Shown piece by piece: positions 28,592 to 38,264 of a stretch of DNA of 64,000 nt. Source of the DNA: Nitrosarchaeum sp. (GTDB lineage Archaea > Thermoproteota > Nitrososphaeria > Nitrososphaerales > Nitrosopumilaceae); assembly GCA_965223865.1 (NCBI GenBank), contig OZ245020.1, forward strand, positions 1,728,001 to 1,792,000. Direction: 5' to 3'. Below the pieces are notes generated by a model that made no database searches, was not told where the DNA came from, and worked only from the letters and a program-made list of their open reading frames with translations. The position numbers and the translations under genes are program-made. Position 1 is the first letter of the stretch. The number at the start of each line of letters is the position of its first letter.

Positions 28592-30085
28592 TTATCCAAA
28601 AATACTAGATTTTTGTTCTAGTATTTTTTTGGCAGCAAGTGAAGCAATTGTCATGACAGTTAACTGGGGATTTACTCCTAATGAGGTAGGAAATACGCTG
28701 GCATCACAAATGTAAAGATTTTCAATGTCATGAGAACGACAATATGAATTAACAACCGAAGTTTTTTTATCAGCACCCATTCTGTTGCCACCTTGTGGAT
28801 GAGCAGATGCCAATCTAAATGATCCCAAGCCAGAACCACGTTCATCAATCAAGGAAAGATCAGCTATACTTTCAAGAACAGTTTTTTGGATATGCCCTGT
28901 TATGACTTTGGTTGCACCAGCTGCAAAAAATATTTCTGCAACAGTCTTTAGTCCTTTGAGAAGTTTTTTCCCGTCAGTTTCACTAAGAATATAATCAACA
29001 ACTGCATCGTTGCTCCAATTCAAAGAAACAGAACCATTTGCCTCATCCTGAATTAAAACACCTGCTATTGCAGAATAATCATATTTTTTAATAAATTCAG
29101 TATTTTCATTTCCTATACCAGGGGTTGCAGTCGAAAAAGTTGCTGGAGAAACAAATACAGATTCTATCATAAATCCTGGTTTTTTAGTTTTAACAATACC
29201 AAATTCATCACAATGAAATGCCATGGACAAGTCATTTTGTCCATTAATGACATGATCAAATTGTGCAATTACTGATGAGGCAGGATGAAAGCTGAGATGT
29301 TTTCCAATATGTCCACTATTATTTGCAATCTTGTTTTGAAGCAATAATTCAGAAGATGCAATTGCACCAGCAGATAATACAATAATGGTTGGGTTTACAT
29401 CTATTGTTATAGTTTTATCAGAGGTTGTGTGAACAGCTTGGATTTTTGATATTTTGTTTCCATTTTTTAAAATTTTTGTAGCTTTGCAATTTGCATAAAT
29501 TTCAAGGTTCTCAGGATCTGCCTTTTCCAAATAAGAAAGCAAGACGTTTTGTTTGATTCCTCCTTCATCTATGATGTAATTTTTATACATCCAATCTCCA
29601 GAATAACCTAATTTTTTACATCCAATCTCTAGCTTTTCATGAGATATACCTGCATCTGTTATTTTTCTTACTTGGATTTGTGTTTCTACTTCTGCATATT
29701 CATTATGTAATTCATCTTTTGAAAATTCAACCCCAGTTTCTGATTTCCAGATCTGGAGAGTCTCATCTGGAATTCGAAAACACATTCCATAGTTGATTAT
29801 TGTAGAGCCCCCAACACATTCGCCTTGAGTAATGGCTAATAGAGGGAGTCTAGTTACTTGTGCACCTCTATTCTTCCATAATTTTTGTAAATTCTCTTCT
29901 CTTGTTTCAGATTTAATTTCATCATGAGTGTGATAATCACCCTTTTCTAACATTAGCACCTTGAGTCCAGATTGAGCCAGATGATATCCAACTACTGCGC
30001 CTCCAGCACCAGTTCCAATGATGCATACATCCACATCTTTTGTTTCATTTACATTAAATGATGTCTTGATGTTAAGAGTAGTCAA
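28592..30085 (-). CDS. GMC-family FAD oxidoreductase
   Basis: IIGTGAGG, GECVGGSTIIN, SAHPQGGNRMG, DASVFPTSLGVNPQLT; probable TTG start at 30085 overlapping the upstream TGA. Confidence 0.9.
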   Translation of the reverse strand: MTTLNIKTSFNVNETKDVDVCIIGTGAGGAVVGYHLAQSGLKVLMLEKGDYHTHDEIKSETREENLQKLWKNRGAQVTRLPLLAITQGECVGGSTIINYGMCFRIPDETLQIWKSETGVEFSKDELHNEYAEVETQIQVRKITDAGISHEKLEIGCKKLGYSGDWMYKNYIIDEGGIKQNVLLSYLEKADPENLEIYANCKATKILKNGNKISKIQAVHTTSDKTITIDVNPTIIVLSAGAIASSELLLQNKIANNSGHIGKHLSFHPASSVIAQFDHVINGQNDLSMAFHCDEFGIVKTKKPGFMIESVFVSPATFSTATPGIGNENTEFIKKYDYSAIAGVLIQDEANGSVSLNWSNDAVVDYILSETDGKKLLKGLKTVAEIFFAAGATKVITGHIQKTVLESIADLSLIDERGSGLGSFRLASAHPQGGNRMGADKKTSVVNSYCRSHDIENLYICDASVFPTSLGVNPQLTVMTIASLAAKKILEQKSSIFG

Positions 30086-30783
30086 TTGATATAACTCCTC
30101 CTTAGGACTTCTCCACGGTAGCCAATTTTGTCCCATGAAAGATGACTGGTGTAATAACTATATCCAATAAGGGCCTTTAATGCTACAGGTGCCAAATTAA
30201 GAATTTCAGATTCAGCCCAGATGTGCATATAGTCAACCTGATCTTTATCTGATAGATGGATAAATCTACTAAATCGAAACTTTCCTTTTGTCAGACTGAT
30301 TAGAAATACTGCAAATACAGAATCAAAAAAGAAAAACAGTATCTTAAGGGATTCCAGATAAGACTTTCGCATTGATTCCATCATTTGTTGAGAAATTTTT
30401 GATGTATCTGCAAGCAGTGCATCATGTTGGTCATCATTTGGATCTTCTTTAGGAAATAAAGATTGGATTAATGCATCAAGAATCTCAATGTATTGATTAA
30501 ATCGATGCATGGCATGTTTTACTCCAACTATGAATAACACTGCAAATACAGATGCAGGGATTATTGTCAATGTAAAATCATTTGTTTGAAGTAAAATCAC
30601 CATTCCAAATACAATAGTTGCAAGTCCACCTATCAGAGCATATCGCTTTTGGGCGTTACCACTGCTCCATAGTTTTCCAAGAAAGATTACAAGAAGATGA
30701 TTAATTTTTACTGTAAAAAAACCTATTCCATAGCCAATCAAAAGGGACAGGATCAAGTAGACAATCAGATCAGATGTTGACAT
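30082..30783 (-). CDS. Membrane protein with C-terminal gluconate-2-dehydrogenase gamma-subunit-like domain
   Basis: Three TM helices, then LDALIQSLFP...FIHLS..DQ...YYTS..SWDKIGYRG; coupled to the GMC gene. Confidence 0.6.
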   Translation of the reverse strand: MSTSDLIVYLILSLLIGYGIGFFTVKINHLLVIFLGKLWSSGNAQKRYALIGGLATIVFGMVILLQTNDFTLTIIPASVFAVLFIVGVKHAMHRFNQYIEILDALIQSLFPKEDPNDDQHDALLADTSKISQQMMESMRKSYLESLKILFFFFDSVFAVFLISLTKGKFRFSRFIHLSDKDQVDYMHIWAESEILNLAPVALKALIGYSYYTSHLSWDKIGYRGEVLRRSYIN

Positions 30784-31042
30784 TATTTGTCATACTCGTA
30801 ATTAGTACAAATAATTTTAGAATATTATGACAGGATTTGCATACAAATTTAATTTCATAACAAGTCTGGTTTAAATCCTCCAAGTTTCACATTCATCTTA
30901 ACCTGAAAAAGGTTCGTGGCAGATTCGATCGAAGTGGGGCGGTAACTTGTCTCTAAAGCAGCTCCGTCTATGCTCAGAAGTAGGTAATTTAGTAGTTTTT
31001 TAGAAAATAAAATGTGGAAACACAGACAAAATCTAAAAAAAG

Positions 31043-31384
31043 TCAGACTTCACCTATGACCATGTAGGATATCTCTTCTATTTTTCCATTTCCCACAGAC
31101 CAAGTAATTTTCAATCGTTGCTTATTACAATAATCTCCAATTTTGAATTTTTCTGAAGAGGAGGGTCCACCAACCACCGGAGCTACGACGCTTAGTACTT
31201 TAATTTGTCTTAATCCTACAATTTTTGTAGGAGTTTTTTTGAAATTGCCTGCTGGGCCAATAGTCTTTTTTTCTGCTACATCGGCATCAGAACTATGTTG
31301 AATTGCATGATCGTCAAACATCACTTCTACATATCCACTTTTTTTCGTAGGCAAAACTATACCCGACATAATTTTTAATGTCAT
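31043..31384 (-). CDS. Hypothetical beta-rich protein
   Basis: 113-aa ORF ending ISYMVIGEV. Confidence 0.65.
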   Translation of the reverse strand: MTLKIMSGIVLPTKKSGYVEVMFDDHAIQHSSDADVAEKKTIGPAGNFKKTPTKIVGLRQIKVLSVVAPVVGGPSSSEKFKIGDYCNKQRLKITWSVGNGKIEEISYMVIGEV

Positions 31385-31513
31385 TGATTGAAAATTAGAT
31401 TACTAAGTTTTATGTATTGCATAACAATTGATTTAATTCAATTCTCTTAGTCCTAGTGAGCATTTGTGCTTCAAAGAATTCCTCCTATATCTAGGTGGAA
31501 TTATTTTAAGACT

Positions 31514-31534
31514 ATGATGATATACGGACCCGAC
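31514..31534. repeat. att-like direct repeat of the tRNA-Arg 3' end plus flank (copy 1)
   Basis: ATGATGATATACGGACCCGAC matches 35530-35550 ATGATAGTATACGGACCCGAC at 19/21, with 14 contiguous identities. Confidence 0.7.
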
Positions 31535-31746
31535 AGTCTGTTTGCTTTTAGCGGTATTTTGAAAATTAGTTTCTCATTGTAGTATAGATAATACAATTTT
31601 AAAACATATTGTTAGGTGCGAATCTCAATAGATTCAAATCAAAGTTAACGAAATAATTGGTGTTTTTCAAATCCAATTACCTTGATAAATAAACTATTGT
31701 AATTCGAAACAAAAAATCTTATATTTTTTAAATTATACTTTGTGGT

Positions 31747-33705
31747 GTGTCACAAAATATGAAAACAAAAAAGAAACCTTCTCATGCTTTACCAAAATTC
31801 ACAAAACATCTTTCAAATGAAGCTCAACATCAATTAGGGGCAGTTCAAACATTATCTTCATTTCTCTCAACTGCTGGAAAACTGAGTATTACAGACAGGA
31901 AAACAATTGTTGAACAAGCTTTGGTACTTTTAGAAGATATCTATGTTCATCTTCCATTAAAAAAGGCAATGCATGCAGTTGATCCTATCCAAAAACTTAG
32001 ACTTTTAAGACATCGTCTCTCTGAAACAAAATCCAATCAAATGAGACCAGAACTCGAATTTCATAAGGAGATGCTTAATATTTTTAATTCCATTCGAGAT
32101 CTTCATACAAATTATGTTTTGCCAAGACCATTTTCAGATCATACTGCAGCACTGCCTTTTGAAATTGGCTCATACATACAAAATAAAAAACGAAAATTCA
32201 TAGTAACAAAAATTTTTTCTGACACTCTTCCTTCTTCATTCAAGCCTGGTGTTGAGATCACTCATTGGAATGGGGTGCCAATGCATCGCGCTGTTGAGTT
32301 AAATGCTGACCGTAATGCGGGAAGTAACCTTGCAGCTAGATTTGCAAGAGGCCTTGAAACAATGACTTTCAGACCCATGTCTTCTTTGTTACCGCCCGAT
32401 GAAGAATGGGTAACTATTACCTACAAAACCTTGTCCGGAGATCATCTGGAATTTCAAGAATCTTGGATGGTGTATTCTCCTGATAATGCAGGCACTGCAA
32501 GTAATCCAGATGTGGCATTGGCAAAATATTCTGATAATTTGGGAATTGATTTTCTTGCTGATCAACTTCATAATTTAAAAAAGATTACTTTTGCCCCAAA
32601 AAAATTCTTTGAGATAGAAAAACGAATGGCAAAGGCACAATCTTCAAAAGAAAAAATAAAACTTGCTCAAGGATTAGAAAGTATTTTTCCTCGTGCTTTT
32701 TATGCAAAAAAAATCAATGATGATATTGGATACATTCGTATCTACGAATTTTATATTGAACAAGGCCCAATTGAATTTGTTAACGAATTTCTCAGATTAT
32801 TAAAACAACTTCCAAAAAAGGGACTGATAATTGATGTTAGAGATAATGGTGGAGGCTATGTTCTTGCCTCTGAGATGATTCTGCAATTTTTAACTCCAAA
32901 TGAAATTATTCCTCAGCCTTTCCAATTTGTTAGCTCCCCAGTAACCCTTGAGATTTCACGAAACTTTGCTGATGCTAAACCGTGGGAAGATTCTCTATCG
33001 CGTGCAGTTAGTACTGGAGCAATATTTTCTCAAGGCCAACCATTAACTCCTTTTGAATATGCAAACTTTTATGGACAGCAGTACTATGGTCCAGTAGTCC
33101 TGATTACAAGCGCATTATGTTATAGTGCCACAGATATTTTTGCTGCAGGTTTTCAAGATCATAATATTGGACCTATAATCGGAATAGATGCCAATACTGG
33201 TGCAGGAGGTGCAAATGTTTGGGACTATGAGATTGTCCGTAGTGCCTTAAAGGGAACTCAGTATGAATTCAAAAGATTACCTCGTGGAACAAGCATGCGT
33301 GTATCTATTAGAAGAAATGTCAGAGTTGGAGAAAATGCAGGAACTCCTATAGAAGATCTTGGGGTGATTCCAGATATCTCATATCCACTTTCTCGCAAAG
33401 ATTTGCTCGAAGGTAATGCTGATTTGATTAAAGAAGCGACTAAAATCCTTGCAGAATTACCACAAAGACAATTTGATATGACATTTGAAGATCATGAGAA
33501 TACTATCGACATAGAGCTTATCTCTCTCGGGATTTCTCGTATTGATGTGTATGTCGATGGCAGACCTGTATTGACCAAATCTGTGTCTAATGGGGTAAAT
33601 AATTTTAGCATTGAGGCTTTGAGCAGTACTACAAAGCTGCTTGAGTTTGTAGGTTTGAAAAGAAACAAAATTGTTGCTAAAAGAAAATTCAATTTTGAAG
33701 ATTAG
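31747..33705 (+). CDS. S41-family peptidase (CPAF/tricorn-like)
   Basis: IRDLHTNY, GYIRIYEF, GLIIDVRDNGGG, CYSATDIFAAGFQD, TGAGGANV, IEDLGVIPD. Confidence 0.88.
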   Translation: MSQNMKTKKKPSHALPKFTKHLSNEAQHQLGAVQTLSSFLSTAGKLSITDRKTIVEQALVLLEDIYVHLPLKKAMHAVDPIQKLRLLRHRLSETKSNQMRPELEFHKEMLNIFNSIRDLHTNYVLPRPFSDHTAALPFEIGSYIQNKKRKFIVTKIFSDTLPSSFKPGVEITHWNGVPMHRAVELNADRNAGSNLAARFARGLETMTFRPMSSLLPPDEEWVTITYKTLSGDHLEFQESWMVYSPDNAGTASNPDVALAKYSDNLGIDFLADQLHNLKKITFAPKKFFEIEKRMAKAQSSKEKIKLAQGLESIFPRAFYAKKINDDIGYIRIYEFYIEQGPIEFVNEFLRLLKQLPKKGLIIDVRDNGGGYVLASEMILQFLTPNEIIPQPFQFVSSPVTLEISRNFADAKPWEDSLSRAVSTGAIFSQGQPLTPFEYANFYGQQYYGPVVLITSALCYSATDIFAAGFQDHNIGPIIGIDANTGAGGANVWDYEIVRSALKGTQYEFKRLPRGTSMRVSIRRNVRVGENAGTPIEDLGVIPDISYPLSRKDLLEGNADLIKEATKILAELPQRQFDMTFEDHENTIDIELISLGISRIDVYVDGRPVLTKSVSNGVNNFSIEALSSTTKLLEFVGLKRNKIVAKRKFNFED

Positions 33706-33741
33706 TGGATCTCAGGGAATGTAATAAAGAATATTATTGTA

Positions 33742-33756
33742 ACGGACCCAACAGGA
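33742..33756. repeat. Degenerate att-like copy of the tRNA-Arg 3' end (copy 2)
   Basis: ACGGACCCAACAGGA vs ACGGACCCGACCGGA at 35540-35554 (13/15); intergenic. Confidence 0.5.
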
Positions 33757-33811
33757 ATAGGGTAGAAATTTGTCTTGATTTTGGTTCCAGTAGATAATTT
33801 TTTTAGTTTAT

Positions 33812-35293
33812 CTAAATGACGATGATTCCATTTTCAACCATGAAAGTTATTCCTTTTAGAAAGTCATCATCGGAAATTAGTCCCTGTGACCACCAGTCAG
33901 CATTGTTCTTAATCCATGTTGGAATTACATCTTTTTCTGAAATTGAACCCTGAGTTGTAGATGAGATTTGTAATATCTTTTCTTTAATCAAAAATTGAAT
34001 TCCTTGAATAAATGCGTCATCATCAATCTGTCCTTCTGCCCACCATCCAGCATTATTCTTAATCCAAGCAGGAATTTTAGAGGCTGAAATAAAATCGTCA
34101 TTTAATTTTTCAAGTAGAGGATTTTCATCAATTTCAATTTCAATAATAGCAGATCCACTCATGGACATATCAGGTTTTTCTTGTTCTGGTCCTGTACCGT
34201 GAACAAATATGGAATAACGTACAATTCCTGCTTCTTCCTCTATTGGAATAAGATGATGAACTCGACCAAACTCAGTAAACAGTTTTTCTTCTCCTATTTC
34301 TTGTGCATATGATCTCAATTTGTTGCCTTGCTCATCTACAATCCAAATATCATAATGAATTTGATCTAGGATTTCAACATCATTATACTTGCTGATGAAA
34401 TTTATTTTCCAGTCGATACTGCAGCCTTCAATTGGGTATTCTGGAGAATAGTTGTACTGAATCATCATGGAATACGTGTCTGTAGCAGCACGTTGACTTA
34501 CATAATCATAAAATTTTGTAGGACACTCCAACAACTCTTCTTTTTGAATTGTTTCTTTTACATCCTTGAAAGGATCATTTACCACATTTTCCTCATATTT
34601 TAACAGGGTGAATTGATACTGTATTGGAGGGTTGTCGGCAGTAGTCCTGGGATAAGTCAATGCTTTAACAGGAAAAGGGAAACCATCCACTATCCACATT
34701 TCATTGTCAGTTTCAACATACCAACCAACAACCACTGCATCCACATTTCCAACAGCAGAATCTATTGTTTCTATTCGGTGTGGGATTAATGGAGCATCAC
34801 TGCCACTCCCCAAATTACCAATATTGCCCCATTTGCCAGATCTAAACTCTTGTGGCCCATGAAGTCTATCATCTTCATTTGCAGTAGCAAAAGTAGAAAG
34901 CCAATTTAATGAAGACTTGATTGCAATGACATAATCAAAAAGAGCCTCATCAAATACTATGGGTTCAGGAGTAGTTTTACCAAGACCCCATGACCCTTTA
35001 GCGACTTTATCACCATCAATAATTACAACTTTTGCATCCCACAACGTTTCACTAATATTTTGAATCTCTCCTTTTATCCACATTTTCAATTCAATAGGGG
35101 AACAATCATTGAGATTTATTTCACATAAAGAATACTCAAAATAATTTCCTACTTCTAGACCTTCACCCAGATACCAGGTACCATCAACATCAACTCCGCC
35201 TGATATTTGAGCATCCTGACCATAAGAAAGAGGGGTGAATCCAATGCTACATAAAACAACTAACAGACTAATCTGCACTATCTTATTTTTCAT
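33812..35293 (-). CDS. Secreted protein with duplicated C-terminal thaumarchaeal IPxWIKNNAxWW domain
   Basis: Signal peptide; IPAWIKNNAGWWAEGQIDDDAFIQGIQFLI and IPTWIKNNADWWSQGLISDDDFLKGITFMV. Confidence 0.85.
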   Translation of the reverse strand: MKNKIVQISLLVVLCSIGFTPLSYGQDAQISGGVDVDGTWYLGEGLEVGNYFEYSLCEINLNDCSPIELKMWIKGEIQNISETLWDAKVVIIDGDKVAKGSWGLGKTTPEPIVFDEALFDYVIAIKSSLNWLSTFATANEDDRLHGPQEFRSGKWGNIGNLGSGSDAPLIPHRIETIDSAVGNVDAVVVGWYVETDNEMWIVDGFPFPVKALTYPRTTADNPPIQYQFTLLKYEENVVNDPFKDVKETIQKEELLECPTKFYDYVSQRAATDTYSMMIQYNYSPEYPIEGCSIDWKINFISKYNDVEILDQIHYDIWIVDEQGNKLRSYAQEIGEEKLFTEFGRVHHLIPIEEEAGIVRYSIFVHGTGPEQEKPDMSMSGSAIIEIEIDENPLLEKLNDDFISASKIPAWIKNNAGWWAEGQIDDDAFIQGIQFLIKEKILQISSTTQGSISEKDVIPTWIKNNADWWSQGLISDDDFLKGITFMVENGIIVI

Positions 35294-35540
35294 ATCTGAT
35301 TTTCAATTAAAAAGATACCAGACTAAAGTTAACTGTGTCGATAAATATCAAGATAGATCTGATTTGGTATTAATTTCAAGAATCGATACAGATTATTTTT
35401 GTACCTCTTGAATGTCTCAATATTTTTGATCGAATCAACAAAGACGTGATATAGATCGTCTATCTCGTTAATACTTTTCATTGAGATTTCCATGTATCAT
35501 GAGCATGTAATCGGAACTATTTTAGTCCCATGATAGTATA

Positions 35541-35615
35541 CGGACCCGACCGGATTCGAACCGGCGACCTAACGCTCCGCAAGCGTTCGCACTATCCATG
35601 CTATGCAACGAGTCC
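35541..35615 (-). tRNA. tRNA-Arg(GCG), intron-less, no encoded CCA
   Basis: Cloverleaf on minus strand: acceptor GGACUCG/CGGGUCC, anticodon arm AACGC-UUGCGGA-GCGUU, T arm GGUUCGAAUCC. Confidence 0.95.
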
Positions 35616-35637
35616 GAAAAAGGTGATGAATTTACGC

Positions 35638-36480
35638 TTAATTTGGATTGCTATTTCTAGATTCTGCAAAAATGTATGGAGTGTCATCAGGTTCATTAAA
35701 CGTCCACACAGTTGGGAGAATCATCGTACTGAGTACTTTAAGATCATATTTGTCAATCAGTGTTCCCCATCCAAATTCAGACATTGGATCAGGAGGATAT
35801 TTTTGAGAAAAAGTTCCTACAAAAACCATCCCAAAGTTTTCCTTTAATACAGAGTTTTGTTGAATGTTTTCAAGTACTCCAGAAGCCAATGCAGTACCTC
35901 CCATTTGAGCTAATCCACCTATGAAAAAGGTAGGATGTGTTAATCTCAAAGAAGAATAATCAAAAGAGATGGCATCAGCACAGTTGGGATAAAAATTGAT
36001 TCCAGTTGATTTTGATATGGAATTTTGCAAATCAACAAGCATGTTATCAATTTCAATGCTGTAAGAATCCAAACCTAGGATTTTGGCACAATAAGCAATT
36101 CTTCCATCTCCTGATCCAATATCAATTACTTGTTTGTAATCAAGAGTTTTTGCCATAAGTGAAGAAATGTATGCAGAAAAAATCCAAGTTGGCGAAAAAG
36201 GAGCACGACTCGAAGCATATTGAATGCTATTCAGCCAATATTTGTTAATGTCACCTTCATATATGATACAATTTACATCTGAAATTTTTTGTTCAAAGGA
36301 ATTATAGTAAATTGGATTCTTTTTTGCAAACATATGAAGAAAGTTAAAATGTTCTTCTTCAAATGGAAATTTTTCAGAATTTGATACTGGAATTACTTCT
36401 TGGATATGACTTGTTCCCTTGTAAACTAGTACAAATTCTTGCTTTAGCTTAACCAGATTTACGGCAATCTCTTCAATCAT
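35638..36480 (-). CDS. Putative SAM-dependent methyltransferase
   Basis: PFSPT and VIDIGSGDGRI motif I, followed by SIEID. Confidence 0.75.
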   Translation of the reverse strand: MIEEIAVNLVKLKQEFVLVYKGTSHIQEVIPVSNSEKFPFEEEHFNFLHMFAKKNPIYYNSFEQKISDVNCIIYEGDINKYWLNSIQYASSRAPFSPTWIFSAYISSLMAKTLDYKQVIDIGSGDGRIAYCAKILGLDSYSIEIDNMLVDLQNSISKSTGINFYPNCADAISFDYSSLRLTHPTFFIGGLAQMGGTALASGVLENIQQNSVLKENFGMVFVGTFSQKYPPDPMSEFGWGTLIDKYDLKVLSTMILPTVWTFNEPDDTPYIFAESRNSNPN

Positions 36481-36907
36481 TTGATAGTCCTTTGTCATAT
36501 TGTTCTACGAATTCTTTAGTGCTCATCTTCTGACGCAATTCCTCGTAAAGTTTGGCCTCATCTTCAATGTCAGATTTTGATTTTGGTTCAAAGTCCTGAG
36601 ATTGTAGATTTGCAGTAGTCTCCCGAATGGCATTTGTGAGTTGAACCATTATCTTAGGATGTATTTGAGAATTAAATCTAGAGATTTTTTGTTCGATTTC
36701 CTGAATTTTATCAAATCGTTTTTGATTGTCTTCTTTGAGCTGCTGTTTTAGCATGACAATCATAGAGGAAACATTCATGATTTGGTAATACATTTCAATA
36801 ATTTCATTTATAGAAAGTTCAGATTTTTTGATTGCATTTTTGATAAAGTTTTCTAGTTTTTCAGATTCATCATTGAATATACCAGAGATATCAGAAAAAG
36901 AAGTCAT
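36473..36907 (-). CDS. Hypothetical helical protein
   Basis: ORF overlapping the downstream gene start in an operon-like arrangement. Confidence 0.75.
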   Translation of the reverse strand: MTSFSDISGIFNDESEKLENFIKNAIKKSELSINEIIEMYYQIMNVSSMIVMLKQQLKEDNQKRFDKIQEIEQKISRFNSQIHPKIMVQLTNAIRETTANLQSQDFEPKSKSDIEDEAKLYEELRQKMSTKEFVEQYDKGLSND

Positions 36908-36956
36908 CAAGATTAAAGAGATTGTAAATTTTTAAAAATGTTGGTATTTGAAAAAA

Positions 36957-37670
36957 TCAGTTTTCTTTTTCAGCCTTGTTTACGTAGACATAATTCATTA
37001 GTAAACCGGCAATGATACCACCAACAATTGGTCCAACCCAATAGAGCCATTGAACTTCCCACAATCCAACATCACCTGCAATCAATGCTGGAGAAAATGA
37101 TCTTGCAGGGTTCATAGATGCACCTGTAAGAGGAACACCAATTAGGTGAAGCACGAAGACCATTCCACCGATTGTAATTCCATGAATTCCTGCAGCAGCT
37201 TTCTTGTGAACTGCGACCATATAGATAACAGTGACAAGGAAGAAAGTGAAGATAATCTCAAGTGCTAGAGCTGACATCATATTATTATTGATTAAATCGC
37301 TAGGACCGCCATGTGCACCCCAGAAAACCTCTTTTCCTATCACAGGGAAAATAGCAGCAAGAGAAGCAGTTGCAATTACAGCACCAATTATTTGGAATAC
37401 AATGTATCCAATTCCATCTGTAACTCCAATTTTCTTTGTGATGATCATTGGAATAGTGACTGCTGGATTGATATGTGCACCTGAAACATGTCCAAATGCA
37501 TAAACCATTAGTGCAATAGCAGAACCGTGTCCTAAAGATATCATGATTATAGCGTCAATTGACAGTCCATCTCCAAATGCTACAACAGATAGAATTACTG
37601 ATAATGGACCAAAGAATACCAAACAGAATGTAGCAATTGCTTCAGCAAGCCAATTTCTTGGAGTAACCAT
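36957..37670 (-). CDS. MIP-family aquaporin
   Basis: SGAHINPAVT and GASMNPARS NPA motifs; six TM segments. Confidence 0.95.
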   Translation of the reverse strand: MVTPRNWLAEAIATFCLVFFGPLSVILSVVAFGDGLSIDAIIMISLGHGSAIALMVYAFGHVSGAHINPAVTIPMIITKKIGVTDGIGYIVFQIIGAVIATASLAAIFPVIGKEVFWGAHGGPSDLINNNMMSALALEIIFTFFLVTVIYMVAVHKKAAAGIHGITIGGMVFVLHLIGVPLTGASMNPARSFSPALIAGDVGLWEVQWLYWVGPIVGGIIAGLLMNYVYVNKAEKEN

Positions 37671-37772
37671 CAAGCAACAGCCACTTCAATTTCCATATAA
37701 AAGATTCGGACTAAGTTTTTGGTCATTGTAAGTAACGAAGTAATTAATTATGTAAAGAGTTTTGAAGAGATT

Positions 37773-38243
37773 ATGATTTCAGAAGGCGATACTATACCAA
37801 AATTTGAAATTAATGATTCTGAAGGGAGTATAGTAAAATCCAGTGATTTTAAGGGTAAAAAACATGCAATCTATTTTTACCCCAAGGATTTTACTCCAGG
37901 ATGTACAACTGAGGCAGATGAATTTTCAAAAGATTACAAAAAATTTCAAAAAGAAGGAATTGAAATAATTGGAATTAGTCCAGATGATGTCAAATCTCAC
38001 AAAAAATTTTGTGATAAAATGGGAATAAAGTATCCACTTTTGGCAGATGTAGATAAAGAAGTTTCAAAAAAATTTGGTGTTTGGGGAATGAAAAAATTTA
38101 TGGGTAGAGAATACATGGGAGTCATGAGAAGTACTTTTTTGGTAGATGAAAAAGGAAAAGTTTTCAAGGTGTTTCCAAAGGTAAAACCAAAAGGTCATTC
38201 AAATGAAGTCTTAGAAGAATTTTCTAAATTAAAAAATAATTAA
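37773..38243 (+). CDS. bcp: Peroxiredoxin Bcp/PrxQ (1-Cys type)
   Basis: YFYPKDFTPGCTTEA, RSTFLVD. Confidence 0.92.
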   Translation: MISEGDTIPKFEINDSEGSIVKSSDFKGKKHAIYFYPKDFTPGCTTEADEFSKDYKKFQKEGIEIIGISPDDVKSHKKFCDKMGIKYPLLADVDKEVSKKFGVWGMKKFMGREYMGVMRSTFLVDEKGKVFKVFPKVKPKGHSNEVLEEFSKLKNN

Positions 38244-38264
38244 AGGAAAAAGATGGAAGGAAGA

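Noticed and set aside
35530-35847. 105-aa ORF on the plus strand
   Set aside because: Antisense to the tRNA-Arg and the methyltransferase 3' end; shadow ORF
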